Positions 12,001 to 23,194 of a stretch of 64,000 nucleotides of DNA are shown here, in pieces. Numbering within the stretch: position 1 is the stretch's first letter; each line of letters starts with the position of its first letter. Under the pieces are notes generated by a model, which was not told the origin of the DNA, made no database searches, and saw only the letters and a program-made list of their open reading frames with translations. A program made the position numbers and the translations under genes. The stretch is taken from positions 44,082,001 through 44,146,000 of the forward strand of contig CM060731.1 of the NCBI GenBank assembly GCA_030704615.1, in the 5' to 3' direction. Origin of the DNA: Takakia lepidozioides (lineage: Eukaryota; Plantae; Bryophyta).

Positions 12001-12579
12001 ACGGGCCTTCATGTTTTCCTCCAAAATCTCTGCCTTCACCTCCTCTCCAACTTTCAAATTTCTGATAGCAAGAACCACTCTTGCCCCCCTGTTTGCTAGT
12101 ACCCTTGCAGTCTCCTTTCCAATCCCAGCAGTTCCACCTGCCAATCCATCAGCACTATGATATCAGGAATTCGACCACGCCTCTGTGTCACAGAGAGCTA
12201 AATTCCAAATTGTCCATATGAAACTTGATTTGGTTGAACTGTAGCACTGACCTCTGTAAAGTTTGAGGGAACTTTGCCCACGCTGTTGGGCCTCTCAGCA
12301 GCAGCAGATGAACATGTAAAACCTTTCCTCTAAGAGCTTGAGCGCTCCTTGTGGTACTAATTATACGACCATGACCCAATTTCGTTTGGAAATCCAACAT
12401 CGTCTCAATAAAAGCTGGAAACATAACTCAAAACTGAGGGTTGAGAAGGATGATCCACCTGTGATGATGGCAGTGTAGGAGCCCAACGAGAGACCATCGG
12501 TAACATCTTCAGCGGTGGATCCGGACCCAAAGCCACTCGGTCCAGGTGTGGCCTTCAAGTAGGTCACAAATGCCCCCAT
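9015..12579 (-). CDS. Short-chain dehydrogenase/reductase, TIC32-like (retinol-DH/WWOX-type SDR); 8 exons
   Basis: Exons 12579-12459, 12137-11906, 11171-11092, 10678-10525, 10359-10281, 9708-9618, 9450-9410 and 9179-9015, all GT-AG and in phase. Motifs: GPSGFGSGSTAEDVT, TGGTAGIG, LDLSSLSSVRKFA, FATNYLGHFLLT, YGQSKLANIL, LHPGAI, GAATQTYLA..GKYFVDCN. Confidence 0.92.
9947..10054 (-). repeat. Intronic dispersed repeat, inverted relative to 11523-11643
   Basis: The reverse complement TTACTACCGGCGTCAGCTCCTGAC...CTCAAACTGGG...GGGGTCAATG...CTACGGCAAAC...GTCTTATGAGTACATTCT aligns with 11523-11643. Confidence 0.85.
11523..11643 (+). repeat. Intronic dispersed repeat, inverted relative to 9947-10054
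   Basis: TTACTCCTGCCGTCAGCCCCTGAC...CTCAAACTGGG...GGGGTCAATG...CTACGGCAAACGTCTTATGAGTACATTCT. Confidence 0.85.
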
Positions 12580-12830
12580 TTCTCTTCTCCTTCTAGAACG
12601 GTATCCGTCTCAAAAACTGGGACACTGTGTCCTTAGCCCTCTCCTCAGTAATATTCGGTGTCCAGCTAAAGCTTCTTTCAGCTCTTCAGCGTAGTGATGA
12701 GAGGTCTCCACCTGTCCGTAAATCCTCTCTCTTTCCAACAATTATCTGTCTCTCTCGCACGCTCTCTTCGAACTTAAGTGCCCCCACTTGACAATGTCTG
12801 ATCGTCACAATAATTCTCTCACTTTGCACC

Positions 12831-12831
12831 C

Positions 12832-12862
<31 letters not shown>
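12831..12862. repeat. (CT)n microsatellite upstream of the SDR start codon
   Basis: Visible CT dinucleotide run. Confidence 0.9.
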
Positions 12863-13212
12863 TCAAATCTAGTGCTCGTCCTCCAGTGTAGAATCTTGCA
12901 CTTTCTTTCTTCTCTCACTATACAGGACTTCTCCAAATAGTTAGATCGTCTCCCCCTGTGCGCCGATTCTGTGCTCTTCCCCGTCTACAGCAGACCACTA
13001 TCTGCAATTTTCTCTGTAATTTTCTCTGCTGCCACCCTCCAGCAGACCACCGTCTTTATCATAAATTCAAGGCCTCTGCCCAGTGACTCGGAAAGTTGAA
13101 GATCGCGTGTGGGATGATCTGATCTATATAAAACCTCCTCCATGGCTGCACACAAAGTCATACACGGTTAGTTTGACACTTTCACTAGACGGCGGTGTTC
13201 GGAGGTAAGAAC

Positions 13213-13660
13213 CAGTGTTGTGGGGGTAGTGCCTTTTTAAGGAAACCGCCGGGTCCGGGTTCGGGTTTACTTTTGGAACCAAGTCCGGGTCCGGATCTGG
13301 GATTGAAATTTGGAAAACCCGGGGACGAGCATTGGAGTCGGGACGAGCACTTAGGGACGTTTGGAGGGAGTTTAGTCCAAACCCTAAACTTCCCCACTTG
13401 CTCGTCCCTACTTACCACATCTAAGGTGGACCCCGCATGCCCGACCTTCTAAAACCCAGACCGCACCTGCACTGGCCCACGGGTGGTTCTAGACCTGGCA
13501 CGCGGGTCCGGTTCCAGGTTCATTTCCATTTTAGAAATGAACCCGGGTCAGGGTCCGGTTTTTGGTTTTTGATGGTAACAGGGGTCTGGGTGCGGTCCGA
13601 GTAACCTGGACCCTAACCCGCAGGGTACCCGGGGTCAATACCCAGACCCGCACAACACTG
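13213..13660. mobile_element. hAT-family non-autonomous element (MITE)
   Basis: TIRs CAGTGTTGTG / CACAACACTG. Imperfect 8-bp TSD GTAAGAAC / GTAAACAC. Many ACCCGG/CCGGGT subterminal motifs. Confidence 0.75.
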
Positions 13661-13779
13661 GTAAACACCCTACAGTCACATTTGGATAAGTCAAATCTTG
13701 GCCTTGTTTTTTTGTTTGGGGGACCGTTTTTGTGCTTCCTGGCTTTCTAGTTTGCTGGTCCTACTCGGAGAACACTAGC

Positions 13780-16381
13780 AATAATGTAAAACTTTAACCT
13801 GCTTGCAACAACTCCCAAACTACATCAATCTCTAATGTAGACATGTCAGAAAATCCCATCCACTCACACCTAATCTCACCCTCGACGAAACCCCCCCCCC
13901 CCCCCCCCCTTCTCCCCACACAACTCCGACAACCCCGACGCCTTCACCATTGAAGCAATTCTTGGAGTCAAGACCCAAACGTCAATTGATTCCTTTGGCG
14001 CCACTTGCATGGATACTTACTACCACTGCAAATGGGCTGGCTACCCTTCAGAGGATAACACCTGGCAAATAGAAGATGACCTATTTTGGTTCCCATGATG
14101 ACTGTAATCCCAACCACAATCTCACCTTTCTCACCACCTTCTACAAACACACTAACATTGACTACCTAACCCATATTCACCAGCAACACGCCACCCCCGC
14201 TCAACCTACAAACAACCGATACATCCACAAACCAATCACTGCCCCCAATGTCCACATCTCCATAACCGAATGCAACCCCGACAGAGACATCCAAATTGAC
14301 CAAGCATTAATTCTCCACATGGGTCCCCGCCTTTCCAATATCTACGCTCCACACGGCCGTTTTATTGGGCTCATCCCCAATGATAGTCTACCATGGCTAT
14401 GGGGAAAATACTAAGCTACAAACTCATATCCCCAAATCTTACAACCCCCAAAACAAAACTTCGCCACAGAACTGCACTGGCTAGTAGACCGCTACCTCAA
14501 AGATAGCCCCCCCCAAAAACCACGCTCCCTTTCCAAACTAAAAGGGGCATACGCACACCATACTCTATCTCAGGACATCCTCGACTTACTTATAAATACA
14601 TTCCAGATCACACACTCATACTACTCCAGCCCACTCACATGGCTATGACACTAAACACATTTGTCCACCCACACCAACACGACTGCATCTTTGGCGCCAT
14701 GGGTACTGCTACCCATCACTCATGGGGAGGTCGTGGCTTTGCCCACCCCCCTCCAGGTCCCGTAGCCCACGAAGCTCTCCAATGGGCAAGATTTGCCGCC
14801 CACTCATTCCCCCAAGCGTCCACAATACTCGTACTCACCCAACAAAATGCCCCAGATGCCTCTCATCCTCTTCTACGCCTCCCAAGAAGGGTCAAGTTAC
14901 TAGCTACAATTGAACCAAGTCAGCTTAAATATATGCATATCCCACCTTTTCCCAAATATCTTAGACAGAAAGAACCTACTCTAACCTTGATTCTACTTGT
15001 ACAACACTCCCTACATACCAATATATCGACACCCTTTCTACATCAGTTAAAACAACTACTAATCATAACACACAAAATAAAAGCTACAATCAACCACCCG
15101 CCTACCTCAGACCACTACACACCCACCACATTTCCCAAAATTAAACCAAACAAATCCTGGGATAAGGCGCTACCTCGCCCCCCCCAGAACACCCCATCAA
15201 TACTCATACCCCCTATCCCCTCGATATATCGACAAAACACCACCCTTAAGTACGCCCTGGCCAACTCACACTACACAGATGGATCCCTCACCATACCCCA
15301 TGCAGGATATGGAATTTACCATGTAGGCACATGCCAAGGTGTCGCCCTCAGGCTACCCGGCCCTGCCACCATCCTCAGAGTTGAACTTATGGCCATCCAC
15401 AATGCCCTCTCCCTTATTGATGCCCCCCCCCCTTTTTCTATTACATCTTCACTGACTTCGAAACCACATCTCCCGGCCCTTCTTCCCATCACCACCACCC
15501 AGACCGCAATATCACCGCCGCCATTGTCAACAATGTCACTTCTAAAACCCACCCAGTACACCTCATCAAAGTTCGCTCCCACACTGGCATTCATGCAGTC
15601 CCTACTCGCTTAGCTCGGTGCCTCCAAACCCAAAGTTGACCTCACGGATGACCTTATCCACATTGCCCATACACACCCCTTCTGGTTTATGCACCCCATC
15701 CTTGACCCCCCCCCGCACCTAAAATACACTCAGCTACTCACCAAATACGTGACACTTGGCCACATCTCCTTAGCCAATGCTTACATCCAGTTATACGTGG
15801 CCTTCATATCACACGACACACCATGCAGTCTGACACCTCCACAAACTCTTTTTAAGCTGTGCCGAAACCAGATGGTTCTCGCTCATTAACGCAGGCATCT
15901 ACCAAGGTCGGCCATCAGACCACACAGTACCACCATGGCTACTACCATGCATATGTACCCAATCGCCATGTTCCTGCCCCACTAGGCTCTACCTGAATAT
16001 ACTCCTTGCACATGGCCTACCTATTAACACCCTGCCTCCCACCTCACCATCCCCACAAATCAATATTCACTTCATCGAATTCACATTTTGCCATGACCGA
16101 TATCCCAACGACTCGATTATAGAAAAACGACAAAAATACATCTCGCTCATCCTTGCAATCCGATGACGCGGCTGGAAAACCGGCCCATTAATTGTCATCA
16201 CCGCCGATACTTGAGGCGACATTCATAACACCAGTATCAACAACATACACGACAACTTCAAAATCCCCATCCTCCTCATCCATAAATGTTACAAAGCAAT
16301 CCACCTCATGGCACTCCGTTCCCTCACAACTATTATCACCAACAAACACCAACTAGAATCCGGCTCTTCGAATGCACCCTA
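13780..16381 (+). mobile_element. Dualen/RandI-like non-LTR retrotransposon remnant, copy 1 (C-terminal half: chromodomain, PCIF1-like MTase, RNase H, RLE endonuclease); frameshifted
   Basis: Chromodomain FTIEAILG...YHCKWAGYPSEDNTWQIE (13943-14083). MTase-like F(Q)ITHSYYSSPLT...DCIFGAMG...GRGFAHPP. RNase H HYTDGS...GYGIY...ILRVELMAI...KVRSHTGI. RLE-like IHFIEFTFCHDR...EKRQKY..L...RGW...LIVITA. Homologous throughout to 20165-22196. The 5' boundary is approximate. Confidence 0.8.
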
Positions 16382-16957
16382 GGTCACCCAGGGTACCCCT
16401 GGGTACCCAGGGGATACCATCGACCCTTCTATTTCCTCCGGTCACTCGGTGTCCCACAAGACACATTCCCTCTTTCTTACCTTCTGAGTGACATGGAACT
16501 AAAGGGAGTGTAACTCCACTCAGGATTCCACCGCGTTACACAGGCCTGGGGTTTAAACTCCACTTGAGGTTACATTGGGTTACAGATGAGGAGTGTCACT
16601 GGGCTATATGGAAGGGAATGTAACTACTTGGTATAACTTGCACTTGGTCTCGAAATTTGACTAAGTATAAAATTGACTAGGGGTTACACAAGACGACCCA
16701 GGGTGACACTACTCACAAGCTACCCACAGGGAGATGAACATCACCTCACCGCCTATGCTGCATTTCACCTTACCAGTAGGCTATTCACCACGACTTATTG
16801 ACCTATTTCATTCTAATGTATTTAATAGTGAATTTGGGGGTAGGAGGGGGTGGGGAGGATTTGATAGGGTCCCAATAGAAAGAGCCCATGCTGCCCCAAT
16901 CGGGCGAAAGTATTGTCAGATCACAAGCGTCCATTAAGTTCTTACATTATTCCTATT
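16382..16957. mobile_element. Terminal fragment of the same MULE family as 1-7235
   Basis: Contains GGGTTACA/TGTAACT motifs and ends in the identical 26-mer CATTAAGTTCTTACATTATTCCTATT (16932-16957). Confidence 0.65.
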
Positions 16958-19420
16958 GTTTACCGTCTTGTCCGACCATTACCTCTGCATCCCCGTGTAT
17001 ATAGTACCTATGGGTCCAGTCCTAAATGGCCCCTCGGTAGACACAAGACCGTGTATTCCCACTCCTATTCCCCCCTCATCTATCCTGGCATTCCAAGCCA
17101 AGTTTCGATCCATTTCCGGTAGAGCTCTCTCTGATTTTAAAACAATACTAGATCGATATTCAACAAACCCCACCCTTCACATTTGGGAAGACGCAAGCTC
17201 CAAGTTGGAACAAATATTCACTCAAATTACAGAATCCACGCTACATACATGCACAAAGTTCCCTGATCCAGTACAAACTGAACGATAAAAAATAAACGGA
17301 TGATACCTGACAATAATGCAACAGAGGAAATGGCAAGCACAATTAAACACCCACCACAAAATCCACAAAGCTATTACAATCCTCTCATCTGATCCACGAG
17401 ACCCCCAATGGAGAAATACCCCACCTATTATAGACCTAAACACACTAGCAGCTTGCAATACAGATTGCCCGATACCCCAGAATGATGCAGACATACATAC
17501 ATGGCTCATATCTCTATCCTGAATTGGTCGAGATGCAAAGAAAAACGCTTACAATATCACCAAGCAATATCACCAAGCAAATACAACCAAAAAAATTTGC
17601 TCAATCATACTGTAAGATGCTTCAAGACAAGCCTCGTCTCATACATAAATCAATCTTCAACTCTTCCCCATCTCTTCCTTTGGATGCGATATGCGACAGC
17701 GCATGAACTCTACACACCTCTCCAGCCTCTATCAATAAAACCGTTTTCCCAACAAGCAAAGACCACATACCAACCACAAGCACATGCATGTTTTCAGCCA
17801 TCACATCACATACAACACTATTCATGCCAAGCTAGGCATTACCCTTGGCATGATATAGACGGCTTTAAACTCGAGCGAAGGGGACCCTTACAACTTGACC
17901 TAAACGCTTACCTCACCCCGGAGGTCTACCATTCATGCCTCAAATCTCTCTCCAACTCCAAAGCGCCGGGCCCAGACAACATACCTAATGAAATACTAAA
18001 GGCATTGGACCCACACTTCCATCGATTAATTCATCGCTTCTTTCTGATGTGCTATCAGCTCCATAGAGTTCCCAAATGTTGGAAAAACAGTCGCACAATA
18101 CTAATTTACAAAAAAGATGACCCTACCCAATTAGGCAACTACAGACCTATAGCTCTTACTAACACCCTTTATAAACTATTTACTAGCACGTTGACCACCT
18201 TCCTCACATCCTTCGAAGAGCAGCATCATATTCATAGTGACTCGCAAGAAGGGTTTTGAACTACCAGAAGCACAACCCGACAAATCAAACTCATTATTTC
18301 GGCCTTAAAAGATGCACGTTTTAGTCAAACAAGACATATTTTTGCTATACATTGACTTTAAAAATGCATTTGGCTCAATTGACCATGCGCGTCTACTAGC
18401 CGTCATGGCTGATCTTGGATACCCACAAGATGCAGTCATGCTCATTGGCAATATCTACACTGAAGCCACCACCACATACTCCGGGCCTTCCTTCGACAAT
18501 ACATTACCTATACCAATTCATAGAGGTACCATACAAGGGGACACACTTAGCCTATATCTTTTTATTGTGAACTTCTAGAATCTCTCCTCCGCTAGCTAAC
18601 CCCTCCTCCACTAGCTTGCTCGAGGTAACATATGATACCAATACATTACCTCTCCCAATAACATCCCAGCAGCTGCATATGTAGATGATCTTGTACTGTT
18701 ATCCAATCGACAAGTGAAAAAACTAGAAAGATTCAACAAATGGGCAACAATTTGGAACTAAGCTTACATAAATGTGCTATCACGGCGATCAGCCATTATA
18801 CTAAACATGACACACAAGCCCTGTCAAGAATACTAAATAACACGGTGCTGTATAATACTCAACCCTTCTCATATTTGGACCAAGACAACCCATACACATA
18901 TTTGGGTATACAATTGACACCCTCTCTTAAGTGGAGTACTCAAAAAGACACAACTCAGAAAAAACTCCTCTCACAAGCATCTGCCTTATTGAATTCGTCA
19001 GCCACAATGCGCCAAAAATTATTTATTCTTGACACAATACTCAGAATTTCTATAAAATATCTTTTTCATGCAACGTCATTCTCTATCCCAGACGTAAATG
19101 CACTCGATAGAATCATTATACGCCTATCCAAACAAATATGTGGTCTCTCAAATAGTACCCCCAATGCACTAGTGCAGCTACCCAGGAGCCTCTATGGTAT
19201 TAGTACTACTTTAGCTGAGGCCTACGCCAGAACGTTGGGAACGCGATTGCAGGAAGCTCTAAACGATGTTGGTAAAGTGGGGGATATTTATCAAAGACTC
19301 CTTAAGCATGTCGCCTCTAAATTTGGTGGCTTAGCAAATTTACTAGCTATTAATCCCATTGCATGCACCCACTCCCCAATCACTATGAGCCTCTTCATAC
19401 TCAAACATATGCACATTACT

Positions 19421-20156
19421 CGATGAGCAGACGAGCCATGAGCCATGAGCCATGAGCAGAGTTTTCGATCCTACACCGAAGCAGTTCGGAAGAGGCTTGG
19501 GATATAAGCAAAGCTGAAGGACCAAAGTTATATTCCTAAATAGAAGATATCCCACCTATACCCGCGCGGGCAAAACGGAAAATGGGAAGCTGGAAGTCTG
19601 TGCCGACTTCTCAAAAAAAAAAAAAAAAAAAAAAAAACTGAAAATTGGGAAGCCGGAAGTGTGTGCCGACTTCTCTAATAATAATAATAATCCAGAAAAT
19701 AGGTAGCCGAAAGTCTGCGCCGACTTCTTCTTCTTAAAAAAAAAACCCGGAAAATAGGCAGCCGGAAGTCTGTGCCGACTTTTAAATTTACAAAAAAAAA
19801 CGGAAAATGGGTGCCGGAAGTCTGTGCCGACTTCTAAAAAAAAAGGTCATGAAGGTGTCCACCTTCCTGTTATAAGAGGTAAGAAAATAAAAAAGAGTTG
19901 GACTACAAAAAAAAAGACAAAAAGAAAAAGAAAAAAAAGGCACTGACACCCAAAATATGGGGAATTCCCGAACCTAGTTTTGCATCCGAACCTAACTTGA
20001 ATGTCCTGTGATGAGGGAAATCGTGCACTAGTAGCATTGATAAATTGTCATAAAACAGCTCCACATGCTCTGAAACCAAGGAATATTCCATTAAATATGC
20101 TTAAAATATGTTTTTTTGGGCCTGTGCTCATTCTTAAATATGCTCACTGCTCATAG
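19421..20156. mobile_element. TIR-bearing non-autonomous DNA element inserted in LINE copy 2; contains a hairpin-repeat array
   Basis: Ends are CGATGAGCAG and CTGCTCATAG (inverted), with subterminal (ATGAGC)n. The LINE coding sequence stops at ~19420 and resumes at ~20165, and the chromodomain segment is missing. No TSD is visible. Confidence 0.55.
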
Positions 20157-22191
20157 AAAAACAACTCCCGGGTACTACATTGGTAATATAACACTCCAAA
20201 GATTGGAGTGGTTTTGGGAAAGGTTTCATTCCAACCCACTCCACCTCACATACCCACATACGCCGTCAATATTTGCAACACATGTCTCCAGACTCATCTA
20301 GCGTTACGCACAAGACCTACCACCCAAAACACCCACAACAATAAACAAACTTTCACTTGCACATTCCCACTCGACCCTTCCCGCGCTCCTTCTAGAGTTC
20401 CTCACCACGGAGCTGCAACTCACTCACTCATACTACTCTAACCCTCTCACATGCCCACTAGCTGGTTTATCTACTTACTCGAGTTTACACGACATTGATC
20501 AGCACATTCGATCCTTGGGGACTGCAAGGTTCCACTAGTGGCAAGGGCGAGGGTTTACACACCCCCTAATGTCGCTTCTGCCAGTGAAGCGCTTCATTGG
20601 GCGCGCATTGCTGCACATATATTACCAGAATCATTCACCGTCTTATTTATTCCTAATACTAACCATACCAACTCTAAACACCCAATACTAAGCGACCCCC
20701 TGGAGTATTCACGTTAACTACATTTGAACCTCGCTCAATCATTTATCAACCCCCACCGCCGTGGCGCAATTACATGAAATATGCAGAACCATTACTAACT
20801 AAACTAGTATGTGTACACAACTCACAAAACCCGCAAATACCTACCACTTTCTACCATCAACTGGACCGGATACTAAAACCGGATTTATTTGGTCAGACAG
20901 CCACGGTCCACCCGCCTACCCAAACACCCAACAAATACCCCCGAATCAATCCGGACAAACCATGGAGACGTGTGACCCCAGGCCTATTTGGGCAGCGAGA
21001 CAAAAAACCTTTGTTATACCACTCCCAAATTTCACGGAACCCACAACCTTGAAATTCCCACCACAAAAATGTATATATACTAATGGCTCCTTAAAATATG
21101 CCCAGGCGGGTTATGGTATATATTTGGTTGGCACCAACACCAGAATATATAGCCGTCTCCCTGGTCGCCAGAATATTTTGCGAGCGGAGCTTATGGCTAT
21201 ACATGATGCTCTCAAGTCTCTCCCCTACCAACCTACTTCAATATACTATTATTTATAGACAACTTGGTCTCCCTATACCTTCTCACAAACCAAATTTGCA
21301 TGCCATCATCACAGATCCACCATCCTGATATTATTCTCATAAAAGGAATCGTCGATGTTGTATCCTCTTTACCGCTGCAAATCCATATACATACAGTTCG
21401 ATCTCACACATGCATAATATGTAATGACATAGCAGACCATCTTGCTCAACTTGGTACCATTCAGCCAATCACCAACCCCTCGACCAGCCTTATCCACCAG
21501 TCGCACACATACCCGTTATTTTATAGTGCTACTTGATCTTGGTACATACATCGTTGAATGAGACCTATGGGTAAGGATCCAGTAGAAAGCACAAGGGCTA
21601 GATTCCCAACCATAACACCTATACGGAATCTGCACACACACATTCAAGGCGAGACCAAACTACTCATACAAGAATCCCGCACCTACATAAATTCCTACAC
21701 ATCTAAGTGGGTCTCGTCCCCGCACCTGCTACATAGTATGTCCAATCATTTTTGGACATCCCCCACGGTTACTGATGCACAAATCAAACAAACTTTGAAA
21801 TTTCGGTATGGTATACATGGGCAATCAACGACGGAACTTCTAGCATTGTCGCCGACAGAACCGCTTCCATATCTCAAAATACATCTTTTGGAATTCGCAT
21901 TCTGCCATGATCGAAATCCAGATCAATCAATTATAAACAAACACGAAAAATATGACCCAATCATACATGCCCTCCGTGAGCGAGGCTGGAACACGACACC
22001 TCTAACCATCATCACTGCGGGTGTCAGGGGCGGTGCTCATATCCATAATATCCAGGGTTTGAAGGATAATCTCAACCTACCACCCAAATACACTACACCT
22101 CTACTACGAGCCTTACATTTCATGGCTATCACATCACTCACATCCCTAATCCTCAACAAACGTAAGATTGAAAGTGGCCAGCTAGCCACTA

Positions 22192-22299
22192 TGTGACAGG
22201 TTACGGTGCGGAGTAGAGCCCACCCCCGAAAGGGGGCAGTACCCGCAAAGGGAAGAGGATCTTATTTACTCTAGCTTCGGTTGGTGTCATATATATATA
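22192..22299 (+). ncRNA. Predicted structured cis-RNA in the LINE 3' UTR
   Basis: Hairpins CCCCC-GAAA-GGGGG, CCC-GCAA(A)-GGG and CTAGC-TTCG-GTTGG. Enclosing stems GAGTAG/TTACTC and TGACA/TGTCA. Confidence 0.6.
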
Positions 22300-22814
22300 T
22301 TTACCGTCTTGTTGTTGCATTGTTCAGGCAAACCATGTAGAAAGCCATAGCTACCGCTAACCGAGTTTGTAATGATGTTGTTTTGGCTCTTTAGTCGCTC
22401 TCGAGGTTTTTATTTTCTCTTATCAATCTATTTCGGTTCCGTCACCAACCAGCCCCTGGTATGGCAGTCTCTTATGGAGTGAGTGTGGTATGCACTCACC
22501 CTGTAAGAGACTACAACATGAGAGAAAGTTTGTGCTATGTATCCCTCCACATTCTCAAAAGGAAGGAAGCTCAAAGCAAGCTGAGAGATATGGACAGATG
22601 TACCCAGTATCTGCGGGACGAGAGCTGGTTGTCGCAATTTACCCAGTCAAGGTCCAAAACTCATTCCGAAATTGCCATAGCAATCACACAATGTATCACA
22701 CACAATGTAATGACTTTGAGGGCTGCCTAATAACCGTGATGTTGACCAGCATGCTACTCAAGCTCACATTGTAGGAAACAGAATGGATAGAGGAGCAAGT
22801 CTGATTCCCCTTAA

Positions 22815-23194
22815 CCCTTAAAGGACGAGCTAACTTTTTCCACTTTTGCGAAAAAATATATATACCTTGACTAAACTAGCTATATCTTCCTACCCACATC
22901 CATCCACTTGCATGAACCTTACAACCTCATCCCTCATGACGACATGACACCATCACAAAATCTGGGAAGGTTTGACCATTGCAAATGGGAGATTATAACA
23001 AAAAGAAATGACAAAAATTGGAACCCAAATGAAAAGTACATGACAAAAAATGGTTTGACCATGGAAATTTTCCAATATCCATTACCTACTGTTCATCCCT
23101 GTGGATGACCAGGGTAGGTAGATATATGCTATTTTATCAAGGTGGGCCCTGGTTTTGAGCAGAAAATACAAAAACACCCCTTGTTGTTTAAGGG
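22815..23194 (+). mobile_element. piggyBac-like MITE A
   Basis: TTAA|CCCTTAAAGGACGAG ... CTTGTTGTTTAAGGG|TGAA. Internal homology (CCTACCCAC..CATCCA..ATGAACC, GGGAGATTATAACA) to the elements at 24296 and 27187. Confidence 0.6.

Larger units (their letters stand above)
16972..22299 (+). mobile_element. 5'-truncated Dualen/RandI-like LINE, copy 2 (RT, PCIF1-like MTase, RNase H, RLE), decayed and interrupted
   Basis: 13-bp TSD TTTACCGTCTTGT at 16959-16971 and 22300-22312, with a (TA)n tail. RT motifs KAPGPDNI, YKKDDPTQLGNYRPIAL, SQEGF, YIDFKNAFGSIDH, RGTIQGDTLS, YVDD, YTYLGI. RNase H CIYTNGS...ILRAELMAI...VRSHTCIICNDIADHLA. RLE-like KIHLLEFAFCHDR...KHEKYDP...RGW...ITAGVRG. Many stops and frameshifts. 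Confidence 0.9.

Noticed and set aside
19577-19836. CRISPR array
   Set aside because: The context is eukaryotic, there are no cas genes, the repeats are imperfect and the spacers are low-complexity A tracts.
22192-22299. Hammerhead, HDV or hairpin ribozyme
   Set aside because: The core sequences (CUGAnGA plus GAAA junction, the hairpin loop B consensus, the nested double pseudoknot) were not found on either strand, so it is reported as an unclassified structure.
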